Source: a virus (lineage: Duplodnaviria > Caudoviricetes). Taken from it: a stretch of DNA of 64,000 nt. The notes below the pieces were generated by a model that saw nothing but the letters and a program-made list of their open reading frames with translations, searched no databases and was not told where the DNA came from. Shown piece by piece: positions 25,567-35,070 of the stretch. Numbering within the stretch: position 1 is the stretch's first letter; each line of letters starts with the position of its first letter. Both the position numbers and the translations under genes were made by a program. Where the stretch lies: IMG/VR virus record IMGVR_UViG_3300047564_001818; one strand, 5' to 3'.

Positions 25567-26647
25567 TAGTAGTAAACTCCTCGTTATGATCAACCTCAAC
25601 ATCAGCTGAGTCAGCCATATTTACCATTTCACGTTCTTTGAGAGGAAAATCAGCCATAACCATTTCGAGTAGATCTCCAGTCCAATTCTTACGATATTCT
25701 AACGTTTCAACACCGTTACTGTCAACATACTTGTAGCGATTGCCTTGCTTTTCTAGCAAGCCTTTTGCTTCAAACAAATCAAACAACCCTGAGTAAGGAT
25801 CCATACCTGTTTCATAAGGAATCTTAACCTGTACACTTTCAAACGGTTTAGCATAGCGTGTTTTCATAACTTTACAAGCTGCTCTAATACCTTGAACTGT
25901 TGATGTTTTATTACCATCTTCGTCTTCTTTTAGTTTTAGCTTTTTCATAGCTACAACCATTGAACTTGCATAAACAAAGCCCGAACCGCCCGAAATCTTG
26001 TCATCAGGATCGAACATGTCTTGCGATGCATAAGTATGGTTAGTAACAACCATGCCTACATTGTAACTACCAAACATATTAACACAGTTAGTCACAAGTG
26101 CTTTGAGTGCTTTGGCCTTACGACCCATGTCACCTTTCATATCACCGGCTTCAAACTGATTAACTTCAGTTGGGCTCATAAGCATACCCAAACTGTCGAT
26201 TACAAACAATACCTTAGGACGATCTTTTTCATCCATTGCTCTATAATCATCCATAAACGTTGAGATAGTTTTAGCAACATCATCGATCATAGCCATGTTA
26301 AGTTTTAGCAGCTTGTCTTCGCCAGTATCGACGCCGAGTGCCTGTAGCCAGCTTTCGTCCAGTGCGTTTTCACTGTCAATCAACACAACAAAGATGCCTT
26401 GTTCTTGAGCATGTTTTACCATGTTACCGCTTACAATATAAGATTTACCTGCGCCGCTTTCGCCAGCGAAAACACTTACTTTACCTAAGGGAATGCCTTT
26501 ACGGAAATCACCACTCAGTAGATAGTTGAGAGCGTAGTTTCCAGTTGATACCCAATCAGTGGGATCGTGGAAGCCTGCACTCATGCCTTTGATTGATTTT
26601 GTAAGTTGTGTTCTGAACTTACTAGGATCAAACGCCTTGGTTGCCAT
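25559..26647 (-). CDS. uvsX: RecA-family recombinase UvsX
   Basis: AGESGAGKS, IDSENA, IDSLG, SGGSG. Confidence 0.95.
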   Translation of the reverse strand: MATKAFDPSKFRTQLTKSIKGMSAGFHDPTDWVSTGNYALNYLLSGDFRKGIPLGKVSVFAGESGAGKSYIVSGNMVKHAQEQGIFVVLIDSENALDESWLQALGVDTGEDKLLKLNMAMIDDVAKTISTFMDDYRAMDEKDRPKVLFVIDSLGMLMSPTEVNQFEAGDMKGDMGRKAKALKALVTNCVNMFGSYNVGMVVTNHTYASQDMFDPDDKISGGSGFVYASSMVVAMKKLKLKEDEDGNKTSTVQGIRAACKVMKTRYAKPFESVQVKIPYETGMDPYSGLFDLFEAKGLLEKQGNRYKYVDSNGVETLEYRKNWTGDLLEMVMADFPLKEREMVNMADSADVEVDHNEEFTTNE

Positions 26648-26684
26648 GTATAACTCCTAATCTAAAAAAACTTTGGGCAAGTGA

Positions 26685-26714
26685 GAGAGCTTGCTTAGTT
26701 AAAAACAAGCTCTC
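26685..26714 (-). terminator. stem-loop between gp32 and uvsX (possible attenuator)
   Basis: GAGAGCTTG / CAAGCTCTC 9-bp stem; T run lies about 15 nt further on the minus strand. Confidence 0.45.
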
Positions 26715-26722
26715 GTTATTGC

Positions 26723-27736
26723 TTAACCTTGACTTTGACGTGCGCGAATCTTTGCAAGGATGTCCATTGCGCCGCTTCCACCTGTTTCTGGCATAGCTGC
26801 TTTTTGAGGAGCAGGAGCAGCGGCCTGTTTGACCTCCTCAGTTGCCTTAAAAGGGATATCGTCATCCTCGTCACGTGCTGCTGGTGCGCTTTGGCTTGTA
26901 GCGGTAGCACGAGGGCTTGCTGCTACATTAGGATCACCAGTACGTGCTGCCATACCTGCGGGACGGAAATATTGTCCCCAACGATCCATGTCATATGCTT
27001 CGCCGTCAACGCTTGCTTCGAACATTTCTTTTAGCACTTTAACTTCCACATCAGTGGGTTTTTTAGGAAGGAAATCATTGAGATTGTACAGACCATGATC
27101 GTTGATTGCTCTCATTTCTGCATCGCTCAACGGACGATCACGACGTGCCCAGTTACTAGCACCGTAGTCTGCATAACCACCTTTGCTTCCTTTGCTAAGA
27201 CGGAAATCAACGCCGGCTGTAAAATCAGTTGGCAGTTCTTCCATATCTGGATCCATTAGTGCAGCTTTGATCAGTTGGAAAATTTGAGGACCAATGATAA
27301 AGCGGCGAATTGGATTTTCTGGAACAGTATCGTCTTTGAGTGGATTGTCTGTCACAAAACCTTGGAAGATATAGCTACGCTTCTTCCAATACTTACGACC
27401 CATGTCTTCTAGAGTAGGATCTTTAAACCAGCCGCGAACTTCGTTAAGAATTGGGCAGCTTTCACCGTACATTTCCATACACGGAACTTGTACTTGTACA
27501 GGACGGCTGTCAGTTTCACCTTTGACTCCTGCAAAGGGCAGTTTGATCATAAGACGCTCGACCCAGAAAAATGTGTTGCTCGGGTTGCCGTCAGGAAGGA
27601 AACGCAGTGTTGCGGTTTGTCCTTCAGCCATGTTCCAGAAAGGGTAAATTGCGTTGTCGCCGCCGCCTGTAGAACCACCTGTTGAGCGTGTTTCTTGTTC
27701 TTTGAGCTTTGCTCTAATTTCTGATAATGATGCCAT
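26723..27736 (-). CDS. single-stranded DNA-binding protein (T4 gp32-like)
   Basis: ATLRFLPD, PCMEMYGESCP, KYWKKRSY, GVDFRL, YADY; flexible C-terminal tail. Confidence 0.92.
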   Translation of the reverse strand: MASLSEIRAKLKEQETRSTGGSTGGGDNAIYPFWNMAEGQTATLRFLPDGNPSNTFFWVERLMIKLPFAGVKGETDSRPVQVQVPCMEMYGESCPILNEVRGWFKDPTLEDMGRKYWKKRSYIFQGFVTDNPLKDDTVPENPIRRFIIGPQIFQLIKAALMDPDMEELPTDFTAGVDFRLSKGSKGGYADYGASNWARRDRPLSDAEMRAINDHGLYNLNDFLPKKPTDVEVKVLKEMFEASVDGEAYDMDRWGQYFRPAGMAARTGDPNVAASPRATATSQSAPAARDEDDDIPFKATEEVKQAAAPAPQKAAMPETGGSGAMDILAKIRARQSQG

Positions 27737-27795
27737 AGTTTTGCCTCCTATATGTTGCCTATGTGCTTTGTGCCTAATATGTGCAGCACTCTTAC

Positions 27796-27824
27796 ATACT
27801 ACACACTGTTATTTATCTTGTCAA
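27796..27824 (-). promoter_or_regulatory. nested sigma70 and late promoter for gp32
   Basis: TTGACA-17-TAGTAT with ATAAATA (27810-27816) inside the spacer. Confidence 0.7.
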
Positions 27825-27859
27825 CCAGAAAAGATAATATTTTTCAACCAGTTAGCGGA

Positions 27860-30187
27860 TCAAAGACCCGCTAACCTTGAGATGTCGTTTAGTTCGTAGT
27901 TGTCTTCTTGTATGTCTGGTTCTCTAAAACCAAAGCGTTCTGCTACAAGATTGTTGATTTGTTCAATGAATGCCTTTGCGGGTTCTATGAACTCTTCGCC
28001 ATAGTCCTTTTCAATCATTGTTAATACTGCGGTTTCGCCTTTAGGAAACTGGCCTGACTCTCTGTCAAAATAACTTAGAATAAATTCGCCTAGTGGTGTC
28101 TTTTTTTCTTTGTCACCCTTACCCATAGCTTTTTTAATAGCAATGTCTTTTGCCTTCATGTAGTCATCTGAATCAACATCGCCGTCTTTGTCTAGATCTT
28201 TTCCTTTAGTCTCTTGTACATTCATTTCAATCCACTGCATTAGCGGATAAAGTGTGTTTACGATTTCATTACCGAAACGAGCATCTTTGCCTGAGCCCGG
28301 TTGTCTTTCCATGCCTTTTGCTTTTTTACGTAGTTCAATTACAGGTGCTATTATTTGTTTAAATTTAGGGTCACTGGTGTCGGCATTGCCCTGTAGCCAT
28401 GAAATAACATCGTAAACATCATTGGCATATTCGCCTGCAAGGTTACCATCGTATGTACCTTGACCTCTTTCAATGCTTTTGCCTATCTTGCGTAGATTGC
28501 CTAGTACTGCTATAGCGTCTTTGCTTGTGTTAATATATGCTTCTTCTAAATCGTCTTCACCAAATGTTCTGCGATATGAATTGCCTGCCATAGAGCCCTT
28601 TGAGCCAATAACAGCGTTACCGTCTCCCGACAGCAGTAGATCATACATCAGTTTAATTACATCCATTGGTGTTCTTTTACTTGCTATTGCTCTTTTAAAC
28701 CATGCTACTTTTTCTGGTTTCATTGGTCTACGAGATTTAGTAGTAATAAGTTCTATTGCTCTACGTTTAACATCATCTACGTTATTCATCTTTTGTAGTT
28801 GTCTTAGATCGTCGGGTGTAAAGTTATCATCTTCTGCTTCACTAACTTTAACACAATTGTCTACACGACGGCCACCCTTCATCTTGGTGCCCATACGCTT
28901 GTAGCCTTTCCAGCATACTTTGCCGTCCACGCCTTTTTGTTTTTCTTCGCTGAGTGTACGCCAACTTGGGTTGCCACAATCTTCACATATATGATCTGCA
29001 AACTGACCCATTGTGTCTTCAAATGCCTGCTCTAGTTCAAACTCTTCTTTGGTTTTCTTTTCTGCTTTGCTGTACTTGTCTTTTAAGCGGCCTAGTTCTT
29101 CTTGACTTGCGCCTTCACGACCTGCTTGTGCAGCCTTTTTCATATATTCTTTACCGTGCTTTTTAACACCTGTGTAATACTGTAGTCCACTTTCGTCCAG
29201 ATCATCTGGCCCTAATGCTTTGGCCTTTGTGCCTTCTTTAACTAGGTTGTAGATATAAGGAAATACATCTGCTAATTCTTCGTTAAATTGTTTAATAGTT
29301 AATTCATCTATCCAGTTTTCAGCAACATCACTTGGTACATCCTCAAATACTGGAGTTTCAAATGAATCAAATGCTTCTTTGTAATATGCTGGTTTTTGGA
29401 GACCTTCGATTGTTTTCTTAACTGTGCTAATACGCTCTTTGACAATATCCATATAACCTGCTAGGCTTTCTGCCATTACACTGCTTCTGCCCATGTATGA
29501 TTTAAACTTACGCAGTTTAGCTAACTCTTCGCTCATATTAGTAATGTGTGTACCAAAGTCATCGTAGGGCTTGCCGCCTTCACTTACGTGACGTGCCATT
29601 GCTCTAGCACCGCTTAGATGACGATATGGATATTTAAATCTTTCGCCTTCTGAGCTTTCAATGTAGATAGCACCAATCTTTTGTGTGCGACCAGTTACAC
29701 TTTCTGCGTTAATGCTTTCTGTATGTTTAATAACAAGTCTTGAGTTGTCAAACTTTTGATAGCTAACTTTGTGTGTTCCGTATAGTTTTGATTCGTTCAT
29801 TTTATCGTCCCCAGAGCGATTGGCTAAAAACTGATAATCTCTTTTATTTAGATTTGATTTGTTGATGTCTCTGACGCTGAAATCTAGCATACGTTTTTTA
29901 CTAAAAACTCTCAGTTCTTTTAAAAAATTATACCATTCGTTTTGCGTCATTTCATTTTCGTTTTGAATAAAATCACGTGAATAGATCACTGTAAGTCCGT
30001 CGTCTTCTGATATGCTTACACTGACCTTGCCCAGTGTTCTTGAGTCTGTTTTGTAATCAAAATCAAAAAAACGAGCAGCTAAAGGTTCATTGGTCACGTT
30101 GCCATCTTCATCACCTATGGTCACGCTAGGAAAGCGTCCACGTATTTTATTGAAGAGATCTTCACCTATTTTATCAAGTTGTGTCAT
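27860..30187 (-). CDS. modular virion/head-internal protein (putative)
   Basis: 775 aa; late promoter; modules such as CWKGYKRMGTK and DLDKDGDVD separated by xxE motifs. Confidence 0.6.
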   Translation of the reverse strand: MTQLDKIGEDLFNKIRGRFPSVTIGDEDGNVTNEPLAARFFDFDYKTDSRTLGKVSVSISEDDGLTVIYSRDFIQNENEMTQNEWYNFLKELRVFSKKRMLDFSVRDINKSNLNKRDYQFLANRSGDDKMNESKLYGTHKVSYQKFDNSRLVIKHTESINAESVTGRTQKIGAIYIESSEGERFKYPYRHLSGARAMARHVSEGGKPYDDFGTHITNMSEELAKLRKFKSYMGRSSVMAESLAGYMDIVKERISTVKKTIEGLQKPAYYKEAFDSFETPVFEDVPSDVAENWIDELTIKQFNEELADVFPYIYNLVKEGTKAKALGPDDLDESGLQYYTGVKKHGKEYMKKAAQAGREGASQEELGRLKDKYSKAEKKTKEEFELEQAFEDTMGQFADHICEDCGNPSWRTLSEEKQKGVDGKVCWKGYKRMGTKMKGGRRVDNCVKVSEAEDDNFTPDDLRQLQKMNNVDDVKRRAIELITTKSRRPMKPEKVAWFKRAIASKRTPMDVIKLMYDLLLSGDGNAVIGSKGSMAGNSYRRTFGEDDLEEAYINTSKDAIAVLGNLRKIGKSIERGQGTYDGNLAGEYANDVYDVISWLQGNADTSDPKFKQIIAPVIELRKKAKGMERQPGSGKDARFGNEIVNTLYPLMQWIEMNVQETKGKDLDKDGDVDSDDYMKAKDIAIKKAMGKGDKEKKTPLGEFILSYFDRESGQFPKGETAVLTMIEKDYGEEFIEPAKAFIEQINNLVAERFGFREPDIQEDNYELNDISRLAGL

Positions 30188-30191
30188 ACTG

Positions 30192-30199
30192 TATTTATA
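30192..30199 (-). promoter_or_regulatory. T4-type late promoter
   Basis: exact TATAAATA. Confidence 0.75.
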
Positions 30200-31780
30200 T
30201 CAATATCCTGTGCTAACAAAGATTGGCATAGGCGGATCATAGCTGTCGTCATGATCTGCTTGTGTAAATGTACTGTAAACTCTAGGATCCCAATCCTTGA
30301 GTACGTTCATCATTCTCAGTGCTAACAAGGTTGCTGACACTAGGTCGTCGGTGAGACCTAGCTTGGCTTGAAAACTACTGCCTGTGGCCACATAACCTTT
30401 AAGTTCACTGATCAGTGGCTTTGAACGTATCAACATTTTATCATTTTCTACCATGGTTTTTAGTCGACTACAGGCAGTTATTTTTGAACTGTGAGTAGTG
30501 TTGAATCCTTTGCGGAATTTACGAACATGTCCTTTGCGTATAGGTTCACTGATAAACAATCCCGGAATGTTTTCTTCGCCAAAGTCGTTTATAACGATTA
30601 GCGCAGCCTCGCCTATACCATTGTTTTCCACGCTCCAATAAATTCCGTTAGGGTTACCAGTTTCGTCTGATATGTATCTGCAGATGTCTGCTAGCACCCT
30701 AATCTGGCCAGGAATGGCTGTTGTATTGTGTTGCCATTCGGCAACTTGCTCATAACTAGGTAATTCGTAAACTTCAATAGCAGCATAATCGCCACCTGTG
30801 CCCATTGATGGATCAAGTGCTACAACATATGAATATTGATTAGATGGTTTTTTATACCATCGAGTCTGCCCCATATTGATCAGTGGACTAGCACCTTCCA
30901 TAGCAGCTAGTTTAATTGAGTTAATCAGTGTTTCGTCAAATACTAGGAATTCGCAGCCGTATTCTCTACGGAACTTTTCTTCGCCTATACGTCCTACTTC
31001 AGCACGCATCCATTCTTCGTCGCGATCAGGATGTTCGTTCCAGCTAGCTCTAAAAGCGTGAAATCCGTTTATGCCTACTGTGCTTTCGTTGCCGTAATCG
31101 TCAAACTTTTGTTCTGCTTGTTTCCAAATAGTAGCAAATGTATCTTCATCTGAGTTTGGTGTTGAAGTAATAATAGCACGACCACCAGTTGCCAGTGTAG
31201 GTGATATCGAAGTCCAAAACTCTTCTGCAATGTTGGGTTGTACAAACGCAAACTCGTCACAGTACAGCAGCGAGATACTCATACCACGTCCTGTGTTGCC
31301 AGTTGTGGTCATTGACACAATACGTGAACCATTTTCAAATTCTATTGAGCCTTTGTTGTATGATGTAACACCTGCTCTGATAAAATCTGGACAAGTTTCA
31401 TACACATAGCGTATTCGCTGCATAATTTCCTGCGCACCAGTATATTTGTGTGCAGCAATAAGTATGGTCTGATCAGGATGGAACATCGCATACCAGCACA
31501 AATAGATAGCAGCACAAGTTGTTTTACCTGTCTGTCTAGGCATCATGTTTATATTGAAGCGATAGTTATGATAGCTGTGCATCAAACGCAACTGATACTC
31601 GTAAGGATCAAACAGCAGCTTTCCTTTAACAGGATGTTGAATGTATGCAAAGTGTTTTGCAAAATGCAAATACCCTTCGTTAGGATCCATACACTTTAAA
31701 AGATCCTGTATTTGTGCTTCTGTATATGTTTCTTTAGTATTAGCCTTTTTTGTTAAGACCCCATCTAAACTTTTGCTCAT
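30200..31780 (-). CDS. terminase large subunit (gp17-like)
   Basis: PRQTGKT, LLYCDEFAF, ITSTPN, ALDPSMG, DDLVSA. Confidence 0.95.
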   Translation of the reverse strand: MSKSLDGVLTKKANTKETYTEAQIQDLLKCMDPNEGYLHFAKHFAYIQHPVKGKLLFDPYEYQLRLMHSYHNYRFNINMMPRQTGKTTCAAIYLCWYAMFHPDQTILIAAHKYTGAQEIMQRIRYVYETCPDFIRAGVTSYNKGSIEFENGSRIVSMTTTGNTGRGMSISLLYCDEFAFVQPNIAEEFWTSISPTLATGGRAIITSTPNSDEDTFATIWKQAEQKFDDYGNESTVGINGFHAFRASWNEHPDRDEEWMRAEVGRIGEEKFRREYGCEFLVFDETLINSIKLAAMEGASPLINMGQTRWYKKPSNQYSYVVALDPSMGTGGDYAAIEVYELPSYEQVAEWQHNTTAIPGQIRVLADICRYISDETGNPNGIYWSVENNGIGEAALIVINDFGEENIPGLFISEPIRKGHVRKFRKGFNTTHSSKITACSRLKTMVENDKMLIRSKPLISELKGYVATGSSFQAKLGLTDDLVSATLLALRMMNVLKDWDPRVYSTFTQADHDDSYDPPMPIFVSTGY

Positions 31781-31785
31781 ACTAT

Positions 31786-31791
31786 TATTTA
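31786..31791 (-). promoter_or_regulatory. late promoter for terminase
   Basis: TAAATA upstream of ATG. Confidence 0.55.
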
Positions 31792-31794
31792 CTC

Positions 31795-31822
31795 AAAAAA
31801 ATAGCGCCCTGGGGCGCTATTT
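31795..31822 (-). terminator. Rho-independent terminator
   Basis: AAATAGCGCCC-TG-GGGCGCTATTT with a T run on the minus strand. Confidence 0.85.
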
Positions 31823-31841
31823 GATGTTACTACATTATAGA

Positions 31842-33155
31842 TTATTTTGCCATCGCAATTAGTTCTTTAAAACGATCCGGGTTAAATTCAGGATATCCGT
31901 GACCTTCTTCGTTACGATCATTAGTATATTGAACCATATGAGCCATAACATCTTTCATTGACTTGGGTCCGAAGCTAGTGCCAAATCTAGAAAGTATAGC
32001 ACCTAGTTCTGCCATTTGATTGTAGTCACGGTCGTCCATTTGCTCGCCTGAGTTGATCTTACGTTTGATTTTTTGAGCAATGCTTGTTGCTTTGCGAGCA
32101 AGATCGCTTAGTTCGTGGGTAGGTGTTTGAACTTCTGCTTCTTTGTATTTTATCATGCCGCCTGGAGTTTTGTTTCTTAGATAAAGTTTGGCCATTTGGC
32201 TTACATGTGGAATATTTGCGCTCATAAGAGTTTTGATATTTTCAATGCTCAACTTGTTTATCATATCTTCAACTTTACGCATTTCACTGCGAGACAACTG
32301 TGCCTTGTCGCTGAATGTCATTTGTAGATGCTTAATGAAGGTAGGGCTAAGAGCCGCACCTTCTTTAACAGATTCTTTTTTCTTTAAATCTTTTATTTTT
32401 TTATCATAAGCGAGATCAAGTCCGCGATCTCTCTTTTTTACAGTTTTTTTGTCTTTACTGGCTAGGGCTTTGTCAAGGCTATCATTTGCTGCCTTAGTGT
32501 ACGACTGTCTAGTTTTACTAGATACTTCTTTAACAGGTGATTTTTTCTTGCCAGCAACAGCTTTTTTAATAGCTTTATCGCGTGAACCTTTCCACTCGTC
32601 TGACGACTTTTCAATTTTGCCATCGCCGTCAAAATCCTTGGCTGCTTTCTTTTCAGTCAAACTTTTCATTAGTGCTTTTTTAATACTTTCACGCATTTCG
32701 TCTTCATCTTCTACAGCCATAGCATTATCGCCATCTTGTGCTGCACGATATGCTCTTTTTTCTCTGTTGAGGCCGCCTGCAAGATCTTTGGTCATATACT
32801 TGTGATCTTGATATTCTGGCTCAGGCTCGTTGTCCCATTCTTCTAGATCTTCATCATCTGCCACTACTTCGCTGTAAGCAGCATCTGCTTCCATTTCTGG
32901 TTCACCTACAATAGCACGCAACCGATCCATGTCTTGACGCATCGGTAGTCTTGGTGCAGGAGAAGGTCCCATAGGTGCTAGACCTGCGTTCTTTATCATA
33001 CCTAGTAGATCTTCTACATTCTCTTTACCGCTAGCATTAAAGTTTACGCTGATAGTAACTGGGTTACCCGGGTTTGACATTGCTGCCATTGGTGCGTCTG
33101 GTGGACATTCGTTTAATCTATCAATAGATTCTAAAAGTTTTTTCATGTCTGACAT
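31842..33155 (-). CDS. modular, charged putative head-internal protein
   Basis: 437 aa; DFDGDG module; repeated L/V-x-E motifs. Confidence 0.6.
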   Translation of the reverse strand: MSDMKKLLESIDRLNECPPDAPMAAMSNPGNPVTISVNFNASGKENVEDLLGMIKNAGLAPMGPSPAPRLPMRQDMDRLRAIVGEPEMEADAAYSEVVADDEDLEEWDNEPEPEYQDHKYMTKDLAGGLNREKRAYRAAQDGDNAMAVEDEDEMRESIKKALMKSLTEKKAAKDFDGDGKIEKSSDEWKGSRDKAIKKAVAGKKKSPVKEVSSKTRQSYTKAANDSLDKALASKDKKTVKKRDRGLDLAYDKKIKDLKKKESVKEGAALSPTFIKHLQMTFSDKAQLSRSEMRKVEDMINKLSIENIKTLMSANIPHVSQMAKLYLRNKTPGGMIKYKEAEVQTPTHELSDLARKATSIAQKIKRKINSGEQMDDRDYNQMAELGAILSRFGTSFGPKSMKDVMAHMVQYTNDRNEEGHGYPEFNPDRFKELIAMAK

Positions 33156-33157
33156 TG

Positions 33158-33715
33158 TTAGCTCCCTATCGGACTTTTAGTGTTTATTTTATCGTCGATG
33201 CTAGTTGATTCACCGACAGGGGCACCTTCTGCGCCGCTGTGTTTGTTTTCTTTTTGTGCTTTTTCAAGTTCTTTAAGCAGTTCCATTACACGACTGCTGC
33301 CAACCTTATCTTGTGCGCTTTCGCCGCCAAGCTCTGTTTTAGTTAGTATAGTCTCATATGGATCAGCTTCTTTAGTGTCTTGATAACGTTCTTGTGGTTC
33401 ATCCGGATTGCGTACAATAATGTGACTTTGCGGAACAACACAGCACTTACCAATATATTCTTGAAGTACTTGAGTGGTAGTCGGATATTCTACTTCTGTT
33501 TCAAAATAGGTAACTTCCATATTTTGTAACTGCGGAAAATCTAGCGGACGCTCTTGTATAGGAGTTTTCTTCCCTGAATTTATATTCAATAATCCAAATT
33601 TTTTCAGTGCAGTTTCCATACGATCCTGGAAACCTTCTGGTAACGCACCGGCTACACCTATTTTAAACTTATAGGTTTTTTTAGATTCTGTTAGTATTTC
33701 TTTAAAAGATCTCAT
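33158..33715 (-). CDS. putative virion protein with a capsid-targeting-like N-terminus
   Basis: MRSFKEILTES; late promoter ATAAATA at 33739-33745. Confidence 0.6.
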   Translation of the reverse strand: MRSFKEILTESKKTYKFKIGVAGALPEGFQDRMETALKKFGLLNINSGKKTPIQERPLDFPQLQNMEVTYFETEVEYPTTTQVLQEYIGKCCVVPQSHIIVRNPDEPQERYQDTKEADPYETILTKTELGGESAQDKVGSSRVMELLKELEKAQKENKHSGAEGAPVGESTSIDDKINTKSPIGS

Positions 33716-33737
33716 TGCGTAACAATCCCATTATGTG

Positions 33738-34241
33738 TTATTTATCTTTGTCAAGCCCTTTGAGACGTTCTAGAAGGCTATTACGGTCAGTTACTACGTA
33801 TCCTTCGCCGTTGATAACGCCGTTGTCGCTGTTGTCCGAATCTTTATCTAGTTTTTCTTTCTTAAGCTGTAGTTCTACCATTTTTAGTTTTTTATCTAGT
33901 TTGGCAATCTTAGCATTTAACCCTGTCTGAAGCATACTATTTGCTACTTCAAATACACGCCCACTGTAGCGACTTTCTACATTCATACCTAGGTCCATTA
34001 AATCTTCGTATGCTTGCATAGCTTTGTCAGCTACATCATTCAGTTCTTTGTCAGCCATTTCGCCTAGACCTTGAACTGCTGGCAAAGCTGCGGAGATCTT
34101 ATCAAACTCTGCAATATCTCTAAAAGCACGTTCTGCCTGTTTAGCTTCATACTTTTTTTGATCAAGTTCTTGTTTTTCAGCTTGTTTGATTATTTCTTTA
34201 GACTCAGGTAAACCTAATAAATCTTCTAGTTTTTTTGTCAT
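33738..34241 (-). CDS. terminase small subunit (gp16-like)
   Basis: Helical core RVFEVANSML...KLDKKLKMVELQLKK, C-terminal VVTDRNSLLERL; late promoter at 34267-34273. Confidence 0.6.
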   Translation of the reverse strand: MTKKLEDLLGLPESKEIIKQAEKQELDQKKYEAKQAERAFRDIAEFDKISAALPAVQGLGEMADKELNDVADKAMQAYEDLMDLGMNVESRYSGRVFEVANSMLQTGLNAKIAKLDKKLKMVELQLKKEKLDKDSDNSDNGVINGEGYVVTDRNSLLERLKGLDKDK

Positions 34242-34269
34242 AATAGCTTCCATTATATGCTACTATTAT

Positions 34270-34707
34270 TTATCTTCTACGTCCAGTATGAAATATATCG
34301 TCTTCTGTAACTATTCTAAAGAATATGCCTTTTTGCTTGCACCACGCTCGTGCAGCTTCCCATTTAGCTTGATTGATTACCCAATGTGCTTGATTAGATC
34401 TACTGCGTCCAAGGCTTTCTTTTACTGATTGATTTTTTGGTTTAACTTCTATTAGCTCTACACGTTGTTTACCGCCTCGATCACTGTATGCGATAAAAAA
34501 ATCTGGAACATAGATAGTTTGTTTGCCAGTTAGTGGATTGCGGTAAGGTATACGTATAGCTTCACTTGCCCATTGTGTTACGCTAGGGTGTTCGTCACAG
34601 AATTTCATAAAATGAAATTCCCAACCTGATCTGTAGGTAGGTGTTCGTGTGCCTACATACTTGTCTGGGTTTTTGAGATTGAACTTACCTTGCGCAAATC
34701 TTGCCAT
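34270..34707 (-). CDS. head completion nuclease (T4 gp4-like, TnsA-type fold)
   Basis: YRSGWE, WASE, YVPDFF, IEVKPK, KWEAARAWC. Confidence 0.88.
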   Translation of the reverse strand: MARFAQGKFNLKNPDKYVGTRTPTYRSGWEFHFMKFCDEHPSVTQWASEAIRIPYRNPLTGKQTIYVPDFFIAYSDRGGKQRVELIEVKPKNQSVKESLGRSRSNQAHWVINQAKWEAARAWCKQKGIFFRIVTEDDIFHTGRRR

Positions 34708-35069
34708 TACACTATAATCTGTCTCTGGTCAAACAGTTGAAATGCTTCGGGCACTCTGTATCCAACTGTGCTAGTCTTTGATCTGTTCAAATTAAGAATC
34801 TGAGCTACCACATTTGATAGCTGTACATCATTAATACCTTTAAGAGTGTCGATAAGCTGAAACACTGTTAGACCATCTATGCTAGCTTGTTGTAGCAGTA
34901 TACTTGCAGTATTAACTGCTGCTACTTTGTCAAATCCTCTCTTAAGAAAATAACCTATTGCAGCATCTACTTCACTAGCTTTGTAAGGTATTTGTTGATT
35001 ATAATAGTTGTCAAAAAATTGACGTGTAAGTTCTTTTGTTGTTTCTGGTGTGTTGTCTGATTTTGCCAT
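34707..35069 (-). CDS. hypothetical protein
   Basis: 120-aa ORF in the tail operon; start placed at MAKSDN. Confidence 0.65.
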   Translation of the reverse strand: MAKSDNTPETTKELTRQFFDNYYNQQIPYKASEVDAAIGYFLKRGFDKVAAVNTASILLQQASIDGLTVFQLIDTLKGINDVQLSNVVAQILNLNRSKTSTVGYRVPEAFQLFDQRQIIV

Positions 35070-35070
35070 G

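Noticed and set aside
34270-34707. Tn7 TnsA transposase / mobile element
   Set aside because: Motifs and position match the T4 gp4 head-completion nuclease; no tnsB/C or terminal repeats
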